Of a stretch of 64,000 bases of DNA, positions 1 to 11,005 are shown one piece after another. The notes beneath the pieces were generated by a model, which saw only the letters and a list, made by a program, of their open reading frames with translations, was not told where the DNA came from and searched no databases. The stretch lies in contig CAWIIE010000014.1 in assembly GCA_963836025.1 (NCBI GenBank), forward strand, positions 105,493-169,492. Reading direction: 5' to 3'. Positions within the stretch are counted from its first letter, which is position 1; every line of letters starts with the position of its first letter. The translations under genes and the position numbers were made by a program. The DNA comes from an uncultured Actinomycetota bacterium. Lineage in GTDB: Bacteria; Actinomycetota; Actinomycetes; JBEVHX01.

Positions 1-1
1 G

Positions 2-502
2 GGCCTGGCAGCGGCATTGCTCCGGCAGCCGACGCTGCTCGTGCTCGACGAGCCAACCAACGGGCTCGACCCGCAAGGCATCCACGAGGTTCGTGAGCTC
101 ATGCTCGAGATGAACCGGAACGGCACCACACTGTTCCTGTCGAGCCACTTGCTGGCCGAGGTGGAACAGGTATGCACGCACGTCGGGATCCTCGACCGCG
201 GTCGACTGGTGCGGCAGGCCCGCCTTGGCGAGCTGACGGGACCGACCGGTCGGGTCGAGGTCGTCTCCCGCGACGTCGACCGAGCGCTCACCCTGCTCGA
301 TGGTCGGGTACTCACCCGGGACGGCCTCCGGCTGGTCGTCACGGCGCCCGACGCGGCGGAGCTGAACCGCATGTTGGTCGCCGCCGGCGTCCGGGTCGAT
401 GAGCTCCGGCCGGAGGTTCGCACGCTGGAGCAGGTCGTCCTCGAGGTCACGTCGTCCGGGTCCGACAGGTTCGACGGGGTCAGCGACGGAGTGTCGTCGT
501 GA
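2..502 (+). CDS. ABC transporter ATP-binding protein, C-terminal part (5' end outside window)
   Basis: Frame open from window edge; LLVLDEPTNGLD (Walker B/D-loop) and LSSHLL (H-loop); stop overlaps next start (GTGA at 499-502). Confidence 0.9.
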   Translation, partial: GLAAALLRQPTLLVLDEPTNGLDPQGIHEVRELMLEMNRNGTTLFLSSHLLAEVEQVCTHVGILDRGRLVRQARLGELTGPTGRVEVVSRDVDRALTLLDGRVLTRDGLRLVVTAPDAAELNRMLVAAGVRVDELRPEVRTLEQVVLEVTSSGSDRFDGVSDGVSS

Positions 503-1305
503 TCGGCGTCGAGGTCGGCAAACTGCTGCGCCGCCCGCGCACGTGGATCACGATCACGCTGTTGGCCGGTCTCCCGGTTGTGGTCGCGATCTTCCTCGCG
601 GTGACCAAACTCGGACCACGGCCCGGGGAAGGCCCGGCTTTCCTGTCGGCGGTGCTGAACAACGGCACGCTCTTCCCGGCGGCGGCGCTTGCGATCGTGC
701 TGCCGCTGTTCCTGCCGATCGCCGTCGCGGTCGTCGCCGGCGACTCGATCGCGGGCGAGGCGTCTGGTGGAACGCTGCGCTATCTGCTGGTGCAGCCGGT
801 CGGGCGGACTCGGCTGCTCATCGCCAAGCTGATCACGGTCGTCGTGTTCACGATGCTCGCGGTCGTGCTCGTCGCCGCGGTCGCCTACGTCGTTGGCACC
901 CTACTGTTCGAGACCCAACCGTTGCCAACCGTGTCGGGTGGTGAGCCGCTCAGTGCGGCGGAGGCGACCAAGCGGATTGTGTATGCGGTGCTGTACGTCG
1001 GCTGGTCGATGCTCGGGGTCGGGGCGTTCGCGCTGTTCTTCTCCACGGTCACCGACTCGCCGCTCGGGGCAACGCTGGGAGCGCTCGCGGTCCTCGTCAG
1101 CAGCACGCTGCTGGTGACACTGCAGGCGGCCGGCTCGATCGGCCCATACCTGCCGACGCGGTACTGGTTGGCGTTCGTGGACTTCTTCCGGCAGCCGATC
1201 TTGTGGCACGACATCAGCCGAGGTGTCGCGCTGCAAGCGATCTACATGGCCGGCCTGCTGCTGGCCGCATGGGCGAACTTCGCAAGCAAGGACATCACGA
1301 GCTGA
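499..1305 (+). CDS. ABC-2 type transporter permease
   Basis: 268 aa, multiple hydrophobic spans, GTG start translationally coupled to the ATPase gene. Confidence 0.8.
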   Translation: MIGVEVGKLLRRPRTWITITLLAGLPVVVAIFLAVTKLGPRPGEGPAFLSAVLNNGTLFPAAALAIVLPLFLPIAVAVVAGDSIAGEASGGTLRYLLVQPVGRTRLLIAKLITVVVFTMLAVVLVAAVAYVVGTLLFETQPLPTVSGGEPLSAAEATKRIVYAVLYVGWSMLGVGAFALFFSTVTDSPLGATLGALAVLVSSTLLVTLQAAGSIGPYLPTRYWLAFVDFFRQPILWHDISRGVALQAIYMAGLLLAAWANFASKDITS

Positions 1306-1728
1306 CCACCGCTGGCAGGTTGGCTGTGCCGTCGATGACGTCGGCCCAATACGGCTCGTTGAACCCTGTCACCCAGGATGCCGAGGACGCGGCCGAGGAG
1401 ACCGGACTGACACCGGCTCCTCGACGCCACCGAAACCCCACCCGAGGATCGCATCGTGCGCCGGGTCGCGCGCCAGGGATTCGCGACCTGGGGTGTTGTG
1501 TTGACGCCGAACACGTGGCACCCGGAGCCCACTCTCACCGTCGCCAGCGCGTGGTGGCATCCGGTCGGGGTGCGGGACCCGGCGATGCAGCGGCCTCGAC
1601 ACGGCTGCCGCTCGTCACGGTCATGGCTGTTGTGGCGGCGACCGTGGAGGCATCCAAGACCGACCCGACGCCGATCTTCAGTCCTTCCGCTGCAGCTGAC
1701 CCGAGCCGATGCGCACATCCGCGCCGGG

Positions 1729-2532
1729 TCAGCCGCCGCCGAGTTCCACCAACTCCGCGCAGCTAAGTTGGTCGCCTCCGGCGAGTGCGTTCAGCACCAG
1801 CCCGACGACCGCCGGGTCGCGCGGCAAAGCCGCGTGCGTGACCCGACGGCCAGGGCAGACGGCTTGGACCTCGATGTTGGTCGCGCCGTCGAGCCGGCCG
1901 CTGCTCGGCGGGGTGACCGTCTCGTCGTCGACCGTCCAGACGGCGGTCCAGTCCGGACCGTCCGGCGACTCGTCGTCGGCGTTCAATGTCTGCAGGAGCT
2001 CGCTGTCGGGCCGCAGCTGCTGGCAGGCCGGCGGACAGCCAGAGCCGAGCAGCGCGTTCGCGAGCGCGGCGACCCCGGCGCCGTGGTGCGGGCTGCCCAG
2101 CGTGACCACCCGCCGGGCGAATTGATCGCCACCGCCCTCGGCCACCCACAAGCGGGCGACGACTCCACCGGCTGAGTAGCCGACGATGTCTACGCGGTTC
2201 ACCCCCGCACGCTGCATCGCGGCATCCGCGGCGGCGGCCAGAACGTCGGCCTGCTCGCGTAGGTGGCCGGTGCCGTCGCCAGGAAGCGCGACGATGGTTG
2301 CGGTGCGCCCGGATGCACTCAGCGCGCTCATCAGCGATCGGAGCGCTCGATCATCGCCGCCGAAGCCGGGGACCAGGAGCACCGGACCTGGCCGGTTGGC
2401 CCCCTCGCCTGACGCCCGGACGGTGCCCTCGGAACCATCCAGTCGCCACGCCAACAGCGCGAGGACGGCGGCCGCCACCGCCAGCAGCCCGAGCACGAAC
2501 ACCCGTCGTGGTGGACTCAACCGGGCGAGCAT
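1729..2532 (-). CDS. alpha/beta hydrolase, lipase class 2-like, with N-terminal anchor or signal
   Basis: GYSAGG nucleophile elbow (GxSxG), LLVPGFGG motif, hydrophobic N-terminus LGLLAVAAAVLALLAW. Confidence 0.75.
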   Translation of the reverse strand: MLARLSPPRRVFVLGLLAVAAAVLALLAWRLDGSEGTVRASGEGANRPGPVLLVPGFGGDDRALRSLMSALSASGRTATIVALPGDGTGHLREQADVLAAAADAAMQRAGVNRVDIVGYSAGGVVARLWVAEGGGDQFARRVVTLGSPHHGAGVAALANALLGSGCPPACQQLRPDSELLQTLNADDESPDGPDWTAVWTVDDETVTPPSSGRLDGATNIEVQAVCPGRRVTHAALPRDPAVVGLVLNALAGGDQLSCAELVELGGG

Positions 2533-2971
2533 GAGACCGATGGTGTCCTACCCGAATCAGGCATCGATGAGCTGCAGGGTGCGGTCACTGCGGCTTGCGA
2601 CGAACAATCGGCCGGTCGCGCTGTCCACGGTCACCTCGTTGGCCGTCGAACGGTCGGGAGCCGAGCCACCTCAATCGGCGGCTCGGCTGCGACGTCCAGC
2701 CCGACGACCTCGTTGCGCTCGGTCGGTGTGACCCACACCCACTCTGTCGCCTTTCGTAGACAAGTCCGTACGGCGTGCCCGGAAAACTTGACCTCCGCCG
2801 CGAGTCGCAACCTCGGCCCGCCCAGTGCCGCCGCCTTACCAGCCTGGCCCTGTCCGTGTCTTCGTGCCCGACAATGACGAGCGCCGAACCGCAGTTCTGG
2901 GCGGACGTCGACGACCACAGGGACGGGACCGATGCTGCGTGCATGTGGCGACCGCGTGACACGATGTTGGT

Positions 2972-3385
2972 ATGGACATCGAGTTCATCGCAAGCGTGAG
3001 CGTCATCACGCACGACGTCGAGTGGAGTCGCAAGTTGTTCATCGACGCGCTGGGACTTCCGCTCGACGCTGCCGCTGGTGACTACTTCCAGAGCGAAGAG
3101 ATCGAGGGCAGCAAGCACTTCGGCGTATGGCCCCTCCGCCAGGCGGCACAGGCCTGCTTTGGAGCAGACGAGTGGCCGGTGGATCGCCTCGTTCCGCAAG
3201 TCAGCGTCGAGTTCGAGGTCGCGAACGCAGCCGCAGTGCAGGCCTCGGCTGACGAGCTCCGGCGATCCGGCTTCGACGTCCTCCACGATGCCCGCACAGA
3301 ACCGTGGGGCCAGACGGTGGCTCGGCTTCAGTCGGTGGACGGCGCTGTCGTCGGCATCTCGTTTGCTCCCTGGCTTCACAGCTGA
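2972..3385 (+). CDS. VOC/glyoxalase family protein
   Basis: 137 aa, N-terminal beta-alpha-beta-beta-beta pattern (VSVITHDVEWSRKLFIDALGL), C-terminal WGQTVARLQSVDGAVVGI typical of the fold. Confidence 0.7.
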   Translation: MDIEFIASVSVITHDVEWSRKLFIDALGLPLDAAAGDYFQSEEIEGSKHFGVWPLRQAAQACFGADEWPVDRLVPQVSVEFEVANAAAVQASADELRRSGFDVLHDARTEPWGQTVARLQSVDGAVVGISFAPWLHS

Positions 3386-3603
3386 GCGCGAGTGCGGACT
3401 TCGGGACCGGCGCGCACTGCTTACCGACCACCTCGTGGGTCGCCGATGTCGCGCCCCCCATCGCCGAGCTTGGGGGACTGCTCGACCCGCACTCGCGCTC
3501 CAGTGCTGCATCCCGCAAGTGCGCCAGATTGCCCGATCGGGAGCGGCTATTTCGAGCGCCGAGCGGCAGATATGGCACGTCCCCGACCGGCACTTCAGGG
3601 CGC

Positions 3604-3903
3604 TCACACCTCCCGAATCTCAAACAGGAAGATTGTGGATGCCAGCGTCTCAGTGGCCGTGTTCACGTCTTGGAAGTCTTCGGCGTCCAGTGCCGTCATC
3701 GCATCCTCGAGGGTGGGGAAGTCGGCTTCGAGGATCCAGCCCGCTTCTCCGGCCTTGGCTCCCGGACCCATGAGTGAGCCCACGCTGCGCGTGATCGGCT
3801 GGCTGCCTGCACTGGATTTGAACGACGAAGCGATGCCCTCGATCAGAGCGTCTACCTCGACCGGACCTGCTGACTTGGGGAAGATCACCAATGCCCTGTA
3901 CAC
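3604..3903 (-). CDS. EthD-like / TIGR02118-like small alpha+beta protein
   Basis: 99 aa, MYRALVIFPK start and overall pattern of EthD-type proteins; recognition by eye only. Confidence 0.5.
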   Translation of the reverse strand: MYRALVIFPKSAGPVEVDALIEGIASSFKSSAGSQPITRSVGSLMGPGAKAGEAGWILEADFPTLEDAMTALDAEDFQDVNTATETLASTIFLFEIREV

Positions 3904-4023
3904 ACGTCGACGGTAGCGCTCGAGTCTCCGGTGCGAGGCCGATCAACCGCATGCTCGATCGCGACGGCGAACGCCCGGTTCGGGCGGTGCGCCGATGAGC
4001 GCCGAATGCCCGATATCGCGTCC

Positions 4024-4500
4024 TCAGGTCAGCAAAGGCGGATAGAGAGGCCGCTCGAAAGGCCACGCATCGCTGGTGAGCCAGTCGGCGATCGCGCGTC
4101 TGAGGGCATCGTCGAGGGTGGCCTCGAACTCCCGTACCCACGACTGCACGTTGGCGTCATGTACGCCGTCGTCAGCCGGGTACACGTAGACGCAGCCGAT
4201 AACGTCGTCGCTCGAATTGAGAACGGTGAACGTAAAGCCTCTCCGATCGACGAAGTCTCGGGCATGCCGCTCCAGATCAGCGCGGTTCTCGTCCACGCTC
4301 ATCTCCCGAGGCCAGTTCCCATCGGGGAAGCCCGGCGAGCGTCGAATGTGGTCCATGCTCGACGTCCAGGCTGCGTAATCGCGCTCATTGTGCTTCGGGC
4401 CGAGAGGCTCAAGGCGAAAGTCGTGAGCCGTGAAGCCGGTCGGAGGGTCAAAATCGGTGGGCACGAATGAGGCGGGCTCAGACACTCTCCTCCTTTGCAA
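4024..4500 (-). CDS. GNAT family N-acetyltransferase (putative)
   Basis: 158 aa; FRLEPLGPKH..DYAAW..WP...S..EN..DL..H...F..R.GFTFTVL....VIGCVYVYP pattern seen in actinobacterial GNAT-annotated proteins. Confidence 0.6.
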   Translation of the reverse strand: MQRRRVSEPASFVPTDFDPPTGFTAHDFRLEPLGPKHNERDYAAWTSSMDHIRRSPGFPDGNWPREMSVDENRADLERHARDFVDRRGFTFTVLNSSDDVIGCVYVYPADDGVHDANVQSWVREFEATLDDALRRAIADWLTSDAWPFERPLYPPLLT

Positions 4501-4811
4501 TGGCGCGGCGGCCAGGAGAGGTCAAGCGTGCACGACGACCCGTGGAGCCGGAACATTAGTCCTCATGGTGATGCCTGGTCCGCCAGTTCGGTATCGGCAC
4601 CTATGCGCGGTTGCCCTGTTGCTCGCAAGCTGTCCTAAGCGGCGCGGCATACCGCGGGGTATGCCGCGTCCTGGGACTCGGTGAAGACGGTGAGTCGGCG
4701 TTGGAGTCGGTGTCGCGTGCTGCTCCTGCAGCATCTATGCCAACTCCGCCCTATCGCTGACGCCGCGCCGAGCCATCCCGGACCTCCGATACACGACGTC
4801 CGGTGGGTTCG

Positions 4812-4973
4812 TCACCCTGTCGGGCCCTGGCCAGGGTACGCACCCCCATGGGACCTTCCGTCGTACAGTTCCTGTTCGGCGTGGCAGCGTCTGCACTGCT
4901 TCCATGTTCGGCCGCCCGTGCGCCTCGTCGTCCATGCATGCATCCCCAACTTGCAGCGCAGGCTTTTGGTCAT
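4812..4973 (-). CDS. small Cys-rich protein, DUF1660-like (tentative)
   Basis: 53-aa internal ATG ORF MTKSLRCKLGMHAW...WKQCRRCHAEQ with a CxxxxxH...CxxC pattern; below track cutoff as a stand-alone ORF. Confidence 0.3.
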   Translation of the reverse strand: MTKSLRCKLGMHAWTTRRTGGRTWKQCRRCHAEQELYDGRSHGGAYPGQGPTG

Positions 4974-5522
4974 GACGACCTCCACTGGTGGACCGCTGTC
5001 GTGGCGTTCAGGGCGTGCCACTGGGGACGTGGGACAGCACCCAAATCGTATGCCGAATCGGTTGTACGGCGGTGAGTTCGTAGCGCTGCGCGAGGAACTC
5101 CTGCTGGGGTCCTTTCGTGATTCCAACCGGGTCAGGGTCGACGACCGCGTCATGATCCGCCGTGATCGGCGGCCACCCCTGCCTGCGTCGCGCCAGGTGA
5201 CGGACCAACCACCAGCCCGCTTGCGCGCCACTCATCCACGCGATGCTCGATCTCGGCCCATGTTGCGTCATGGTCGCTGAGGGAATCGACGTCGTGAGGA
5301 TGCCAGTGAATGCCCGCGAATGCCGGATCGTTCGCACGCGATGTATTGGCGCTTCCTGCGCGCAAGCCCTGCGCGGCCGAGCACACCCTGCACATGACCC
5401 GGGACGATCCAAAGCAATCGCGCGTCTTGGTCGCGCCGGGCTACTGTCGCTCGGGCCGGCCTACCCTCGGCCGTCAACTTCGAGCACACGGGGTGTGTCG
5501 TCTCGCTGGAAGGAGCAACGCC

Positions 5523-6137
5523 GTGCGTGAGCTGCTGATCGACTTCATCACGTCCCTCGATGGGTACGCCTCGGCCGAGGGCTGGCCGGGATGGTGGGGT
5601 CTGCAGGGCCCCGAGTACCTGCGCTGGCTCGACGAGCAGTCCGACCCGAGTGCCACGACGCTGATGGGCGCGGCGACCTACAGATTGATGTCGGGCTTCG
5701 CCGCCGGCGAGACCCCGCCGGGGACGGAGGATTTCACCAGCGATGAGCAGGACTCAATGGCCGGGCTCACGCAGGCGCCGAAGGTGGTGTTCTCGACCAC
5801 CCTGGACGAGCCGCTCACATGGGCGAACACAACTCTGGTGCGAAGCGACGCCGCCGCCGCGGTGCGAGCGATGAAGGCCGAGGACGGCGGGCCGTTGCAG
5901 ACACTCGGCAGCGTCTCCCTGTGCCGGTCGCTGCTCGCCGCCGGGCTCGTCGACCGGTTCCGGGTCGTGATGTTCCCGGTCATCACCGGTGCCACCGGCA
6001 GCGAACGCATCTACGACGGTTACCCCGACGTGGCGCTCGACATGACCTCCAGTCGCACGTTCGACGACCGGATCCAGCTGGTCGAGTACCGTCCCAGAAT
6101 CCTCGAGCACCCACCCACATCGAAGCCGGAGCGATAG
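5523..6137 (+). CDS. dihydrofolate reductase family protein (RibD C-terminal domain type)
   Basis: GTG at 5523; LIDFITSLDGYA, MGAATYRLM, LVDRFRVVMFPVITG motifs; the upstream part of the listed ORF looks non-coding. Confidence 0.8.
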   Translation: MRELLIDFITSLDGYASAEGWPGWWGLQGPEYLRWLDEQSDPSATTLMGAATYRLMSGFAAGETPPGTEDFTSDEQDSMAGLTQAPKVVFSTTLDEPLTWANTTLVRSDAAAAVRAMKAEDGGPLQTLGSVSLCRSLLAAGLVDRFRVVMFPVITGATGSERIYDGYPDVALDMTSSRTFDDRIQLVEYRPRILEHPPTSKPER

Positions 6138-6325
6138 GGCCCGGCTCGGCTGGCGTCCGCGACCGGCGCAACTCGCTCGTCGGTGGTTCACGCTGCCGAT
6201 GCATTATCCGCCGGTAGTGACGATCACGGCGCGCCGCAGCAGCGCACAACGCCGGACGCGAACGCGTCCGGGGTCGATCGGTCATCGGAGCAAACACTCG
6301 GGAGGGCTCTCGAAGGCAAGCGTCT

Positions 6326-6906
6326 TCAGGTCGAGCGGGCCCTCGAGCCCCGCGTCCACGGAGCCTCTGCTAGTTCTGCTTTCTCAATCCACCGGGCTAG
6401 AACAGAGAACGTCGCCAGATACTCCAGGGCCTCCTGCTCGGATGGCTCGGAGAGCTCACCATGCTCGTGTGCCAGAACGTTCCGGATTGCCTTGAAACAG
6501 CGTTGGCCGAAGGCGACGGCTCCATCCTGAACACTTCGGTACGTAGCGCCACCGTCGTCATCTATGAGACGTAGACGGGGCTTTCCCTCTTCGGGTTCGC
6601 TGCGGGAAAAGGCCTGAGCCACAGCGTCAGCTTCCGAGACATCTCGCCTCGACAACCTTCGTTGAAGTTGCGCGTTGACGCTGCGCGCCGATGTCGAGAC
6701 GGCCTCCGCGCAATGACCACTGGCCCAAAGTGCGCTCGCCGCTTCCAGACGACTGGGTGAAGTCCAGCGGCTTGGAGTGACGGGCCGCTCTCCCCCAAAT
6801 TCTCAGCGATCTCGTCAGAGCGAATCAACTCGGCCAGCGCCCTCTGCGCCGCTTCCCGATGCCTGTGCCACTCGAAGGTGTGCTCGCGGGGACGGTGCTG
6901 CGCCAT
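6326..6906 (-). pseudogene. TIGR02391 (Hypoth_ymh) family protein split by one frameshift (or assembly error)
   Basis: N-frame ends LHPVVW; adding one G at the GG run (plus-strand CC 6745-6746) gives LHPVVWEAASALWASGHCAEAV, then IRNVLAHE and ALEYLATFSVLARWI, the family signature. Confidence 0.6.
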
Positions 6907-7336
6907 GAGGGAAGCACCCGGTCGAGAATCTTCTCGACGACGACGGCCTGCGCGACGACCACATCTCGTGGAACCGTGGCCCGACTCTGGGTTGTGATGA
7001 ATCCACCGCCGCTCATATTCCGTGGCAGCGTCAGCTCGACGAACACACGCAGCTGGTCCTTAACCCACTCCGGGAAGGTGTACGCGGGGCGGCGCGGTGG
7101 CTCGATCTCCAGGAACTCGCCCGAGAGGTGAAACAGGTCCCCGTCCGGTGACTGCATCGCAAACCGGTAGGCGCCGCCCACGTCAAATCGAGCTCGGTCA
7201 CCCGCGTCGTGAAGCCGTGCGGCCCCCACCAGGTCGCCAACTCGGCAGGCTCGGTCAGCGCGCTGAAGACCCTCTCACGCGACGCCCTCACAGTCGCTCG
7301 CAGTGTCAAGGTTCGTCCGGCCGAATGCTCGCTCAT
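6900..7336 (-). pseudogene. SRPBCC / AHSA1-like protein split by one frameshift (or assembly error)
   Basis: MSEHSAGRTLTLRATVRASRERVFSALTEPAELATWWGPHGF then frame change; adding one T to the TTT run (plus AAA 7184-7186) gives ELDFDVGGAYRFAMQSPDGDLFHLSGEFLEIEPPRR; 3' end approximate. Confidence 0.6.
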
Positions 7337-7529
7337 GGCCAACTGTTGCACGTCGGCGCCACGCGGCCGTGACCGATCTCCAGCAGCGGCATACGAGACC
7401 CGGCGGTGCCTCCGACACCGTCGCGACAACCGGTATTGGCGCTTCTGCGCGGGTTATCTTCTCGCCGCTCGCGGCGATATGACATTGGGTTCCGCCTCGA
7501 GCAGAGGGCGCGGGCCTTGCCTCGTTGAG

Positions 7530-7967
7530 TCAGAGCGACTCTGCCTTGTGGAGCACCGATTGGAACTGCCTTCGCAGGATGTGTGGTCCAGCGATCGGGA
7601 TCAGTGCGCCGGCGAGCCTGCCCAGGAATGACTTGGGCACCCGGGTCAACGTCACCTGCACGTCGGTGCCCCCGGCAGCCGACGTGAGCTCGTAGCGCCA
7701 GCCGCTGGTCGGTCCCCACAGGTTCGAGTCGAGGGTGTCAATCGTGACCGTGCCAGCGGCGGGGTCCCAGGCGTAGCGTTCACGCTCCCAGCCCATCGCA
7801 GTGCCCTCGGTGACCTCTGCCCAGTCAGCGCCAAGCTCGTGCACCGTGAAGTGAGCCTCGTCGATGTTCGGCCACCGACTGGCCCGAGCAGGACCAAAGT
7901 CGGTCAGCACCGCCATGACATCCCTCGGCGACAAGCTCGAGTGGACCGTGAACCGTGTTGTCGGCAT
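7530..7967 (-). CDS. SRPBCC family protein (polyketide cyclase/dehydrase-like)
   Basis: Internal ATG at 7967 (MPTTRFTVHSSLSPRDVMAVLTDFG...); size and pattern of the SRPBCC fold; upstream ORF extension looks non-coding. Confidence 0.65.
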   Translation of the reverse strand: MPTTRFTVHSSLSPRDVMAVLTDFGPARASRWPNIDEAHFTVHELGADWAEVTEGTAMGWERERYAWDPAAGTVTIDTLDSNLWGPTSGWRYELTSAAGGTDVQVTLTRVPKSFLGRLAGALIPIAGPHILRRQFQSVLHKAESL

Positions 7968-8595
7968 GGTGTCTTCCAAGCATCCAGTGGCGGCGACCGC
8001 CGATCGTGGCCACATCATCCGCCCTGCCCGGGTCAGCCCACAGCCGATGTTGTCGCCATGGGTTGACGCTGTGACCGCGCGCCGGTGACGGCCAGAAGAG
8101 GGCTGGGCGGATCGCGAGCGGCAGCAACGACCGAGACGATGTCCATCCGCCGGATCCATCCACGCTTTCGAAAGCAATCAAAACGGTGAGCGCCCCGAGC
8201 AGCAGCACGGCTGCCGACGCTGTGGCGATCAGCTCGTCACGTGCCTCGAACCGCGGATGAAACCGGCAAGCCGCGTTGAACCCCGTTCGGCGCCGACTGG
8301 TCGCCGACCACGACCCAGGCGATTACGTAGACGAGTACTGTGATGTTGTACACCACGATGATCAGCGCCTACCGGTAGCGCATCCTCGCCGGCGTCACGG
8401 CCTGGACACCGGCTGCTCGGCCGCCACGACAAGAGCATGACGCGGATTGCTCTGACCTCCAGCCAGCGGACGGATCCCGAACGATGGTTGAGCCGCGCAG
8501 CGAGCCGCCATGGCGCTTGCCCGACTGGGCTGCGCCCGAACGAGGGCGCATGACCGGCACGTCCGGTACGCAATGCCGACCCGTAGGTTGGAGGG

Positions 8596-9360
8596 GTGGA
8601 GGACGGCACGTCGACGCTTTCGCGACAGCCCCGTGCCCCCACGTTGGCGCAGTGTGAGGTGGTGGAGCTGCGCCGCTACACCTTGCGAACTGGCCAGCGT
8701 GACGAGCTCCTGGCCGTGTTCGAGGGCCATCTCATCGAGCCGCAGGAGCGCGGTGGCATGGTGGTTGGCGGGCTGTTCACCGACCGCGACGATCCGGACG
8801 CGTTTGTTTGGTTCCGGGGCTTCGTCGACATGGAGGCGCGAAGGCGGGCGCTTCACCGCTTCTACGACGGCCCGGTCTGGGCTCAGCACCGCGACTCGGC
8901 CAACGCCACCATGGTCGACAGCGACAATGTGCTGCTGCTGCGGCGCACGCAGCCCGAACACGCGCTGCCTGCCCCGACTTCACCCCGCGCGCCCAGTCAT
9001 GCCTTGCCCACCTCGACGGCCTGGGTGGTGGTGACGACATACCTGCACCACGGCGACCCGGCGCTAGAGGCGTGGCTGGCTGGACAGGTCCACGACGTTC
9101 TACAGACCGAGTTGCGGACCCTGGTGGCTATGTGGCGTACCGAGCCGGCCGACAACACCTTTCCCCGGCTGCCGGTACGCCGGGTCAACGCCGTCGTCTG
9201 GACCGCCGGTTTCGCCGACCAGCAGATCTACCTGCAGGCGCGGCACCGATTGGAGACGAGTCACCTCTGGAACCACGAAGTGAGGCCCCGCCTGCAGACG
9301 GAACTGTCCGGCTGCGAGCACCAACGCCTCCAACCCACATCACGCTCGTCACACCTGTGA
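8596..9360 (+). CDS. NIPSNAP family protein (two-domain)
   Basis: VVELRRYTLRTGQRDELLAVFE...FVWFRGFVDMEARRRALHRFYDGPVW, repeated in the second half (WRTEPADNTFPRLPVR...). Confidence 0.75.
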   Translation: MEDGTSTLSRQPRAPTLAQCEVVELRRYTLRTGQRDELLAVFEGHLIEPQERGGMVVGGLFTDRDDPDAFVWFRGFVDMEARRRALHRFYDGPVWAQHRDSANATMVDSDNVLLLRRTQPEHALPAPTSPRAPSHALPTSTAWVVVTTYLHHGDPALEAWLAGQVHDVLQTELRTLVAMWRTEPADNTFPRLPVRRVNAVVWTAGFADQQIYLQARHRLETSHLWNHEVRPRLQTELSGCEHQRLQPTSRSSHL

Positions 9361-9727
9361 CGTCCCAATTGGTCCGCCTGCGCGACCTTCCCAACTCTGC
9401 CTTCCGAGTTCCCTGCGGTCCGCCGCACCGTAACCGCGACATGTAGAACCGGTCGCGAGGGCCGCGCGCAGCATTGGCGCTTCTGCGCTCCACGACCGAT
9501 GCTTCAAGTCATGTTCGTGCGACTCGTCGTTGATCAGGCGAGAAAGCACAGGGTCGGGGCTGCGGGTGATAGAAGGCGCTTGATCGGGCGTCCGCAACTG
9601 GAGTGGCAATAAATTGGACGACTCCGCGTGATGCCGTCGGAGGGCGGACCTGACCGTGCCGTGGCACATCCAAGCGCGCCCGACCTCCTGTGTTGGTACC
9701 GGCGGTGTGGTGAACCACGATGTCGGT

Positions 9728-10666
9728 ATGCGGCCGCCGCTTACCGTCGAGGTTCCGCCCGGCTTGCTCGCGATGTTCAATCCTGACCCAAGTTGGGTGG
9801 CGTGGCTGGACGACCTGCCTCGAGTCGTCCGTGAGCTGTTGCACGACTGGGATCTGTCGGTCGACGGCCGGGCTCGTCACGGCGCGTCAGCGATCGTCGT
9901 CCCGGTGCGCGACGTGGACGGTGGCAGGCACGTCCTCAAGGTCGGCTGGCCGCACGAAGAAGCTGAGCATGAGCATCTGGCCCTGCAGGCACTGCACGGC
10001 AACGGCACGGTCCTGCTCCACCGGGCCGACCCGCGCCGAGGGGCGCTGCTTCTCGAGCGGCTGCAGGCTGATGTCTCGGCGGAGTCGTTGCCGGACCGCG
10101 AAGCGTGCGAACTCGTCGCCCGGCTGTACGCGCGACTGCACGTCCCTTCGCTGCCGCAGCTGCGTTCGCTGGCGAGCTTCGTTCAGCGATGGACGGAGGG
10201 TCTCGCGGCGCTGCCGCCGAGCGCGCCGGTCCCGCCCCGCCTGGTCGCGCACGCGATCACGTTGGGCCGTTCGTTCGTCGACGATGACGCGACCGTGGGG
10301 ACGATGATCCATGGAGACCTGCACGGCGGGAACGTCTTGGCTGCGAACCGCGAACCCTGGTTGGTCATCGACCCGAAGCCGGTATCCGGTGACCCGCACT
10401 ACGAAGTCGCGCCGATGCTGTGGAATCGTTGGGACGAGGTCACCGCAACAGGGGACGTCCGATCGGCCATCCGTCGACGGTTCCACACGATCGTCGACAT
10501 CGCCGGGCTGGAGGAGGAACGAGCCCGGGACTGGGTCATTGTGCGCCAGATGCACAACGTGCTCTGGGCGATCCAAGACGCCGAACGCGCAGGACAGCGC
10601 TTATCGGCCGAGGACCGCGAATGGATCACCCGGAGCGTTGCGATCGCGAAGGCCGTCCAGGGCTGA
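9728..10666 (+). CDS. aminoglycoside phosphotransferase, APH(6)/streptomycin-kinase-like
   Basis: ATG 9728; WLDDLPRVVRELLHDWDL, VLKVGWPHEEAEHE, IHGDLHGGNVL (catalytic loop), VIDPKPVSGDPHYEVAPML. Confidence 0.8.
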   Translation: MRPPLTVEVPPGLLAMFNPDPSWVAWLDDLPRVVRELLHDWDLSVDGRARHGASAIVVPVRDVDGGRHVLKVGWPHEEAEHEHLALQALHGNGTVLLHRADPRRGALLLERLQADVSAESLPDREACELVARLYARLHVPSLPQLRSLASFVQRWTEGLAALPPSAPVPPRLVAHAITLGRSFVDDDATVGTMIHGDLHGGNVLAANREPWLVIDPKPVSGDPHYEVAPMLWNRWDEVTATGDVRSAIRRRFHTIVDIAGLEEERARDWVIVRQMHNVLWAIQDAERAGQRLSAEDREWITRSVAIAKAVQG

Positions 10667-10916
10667 GCAAACTCGTCGGCGCCGGCTGCTCGCCGGTGGG
10701 TGTCGTTCAGCCGTGGACGCGCAGCCGAGCCATGCTTCTTTTCCCCGCCAGCGCCACCGGACCTTCGGTGTTCTCGAGGAGCGGCGCCGGCGCCTCGTTC
10801 CTCGGCGTCCCGGTGGAGAACGCACACCTGCCGGGAAAGCCGTGTCCCCTCATGCGTCTGTAAACGTCCATTCCCGGTTGTCGGCCACCCGCGCTAGTGA
10901 TGCTCCCCGGGCGTAG

Positions 10917-11005
10917 TCAAGCCGGGATCTGATGCGGTAGGTCGGGGAAGACCCTGCGTGCGATGAAGCCCTTGAGGGACCGCACGACTTCGCGTCGATA
11001 GTCCG
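10917..11005 (-). pseudogene. about 30-aa C-terminal stub of an IS110-family transposase
   Basis: DYRREVVRSLKGFIARRVFPDLP resembles the C-terminus of the IS110 copy at 30-31 kb (IMRCLKRYVAREVFDLLP). Confidence 0.3.

Noticed and set aside
5008-5412. Minus-strand ORFs (IHWHPHDVDSLSDHDATWAEIEHRVDEWRA / WWLVRHLARRRQGWPPITADHDAVVDPDP...) upstream of the DHFR-like gene.
   Set aside because: They read like a frameshifted gene, but I recognise no family and the boundaries are unclear.
8200-8400. Lower-GC patch with TM-like peptides (LIIVVYNITVLVYVIAWVVVG; AAVLLLGALTVLIAF) on the minus strand.
   Set aside because: The peptides lie in two different frames with no start codon. This could be a broken small membrane gene, but the support is insufficient.
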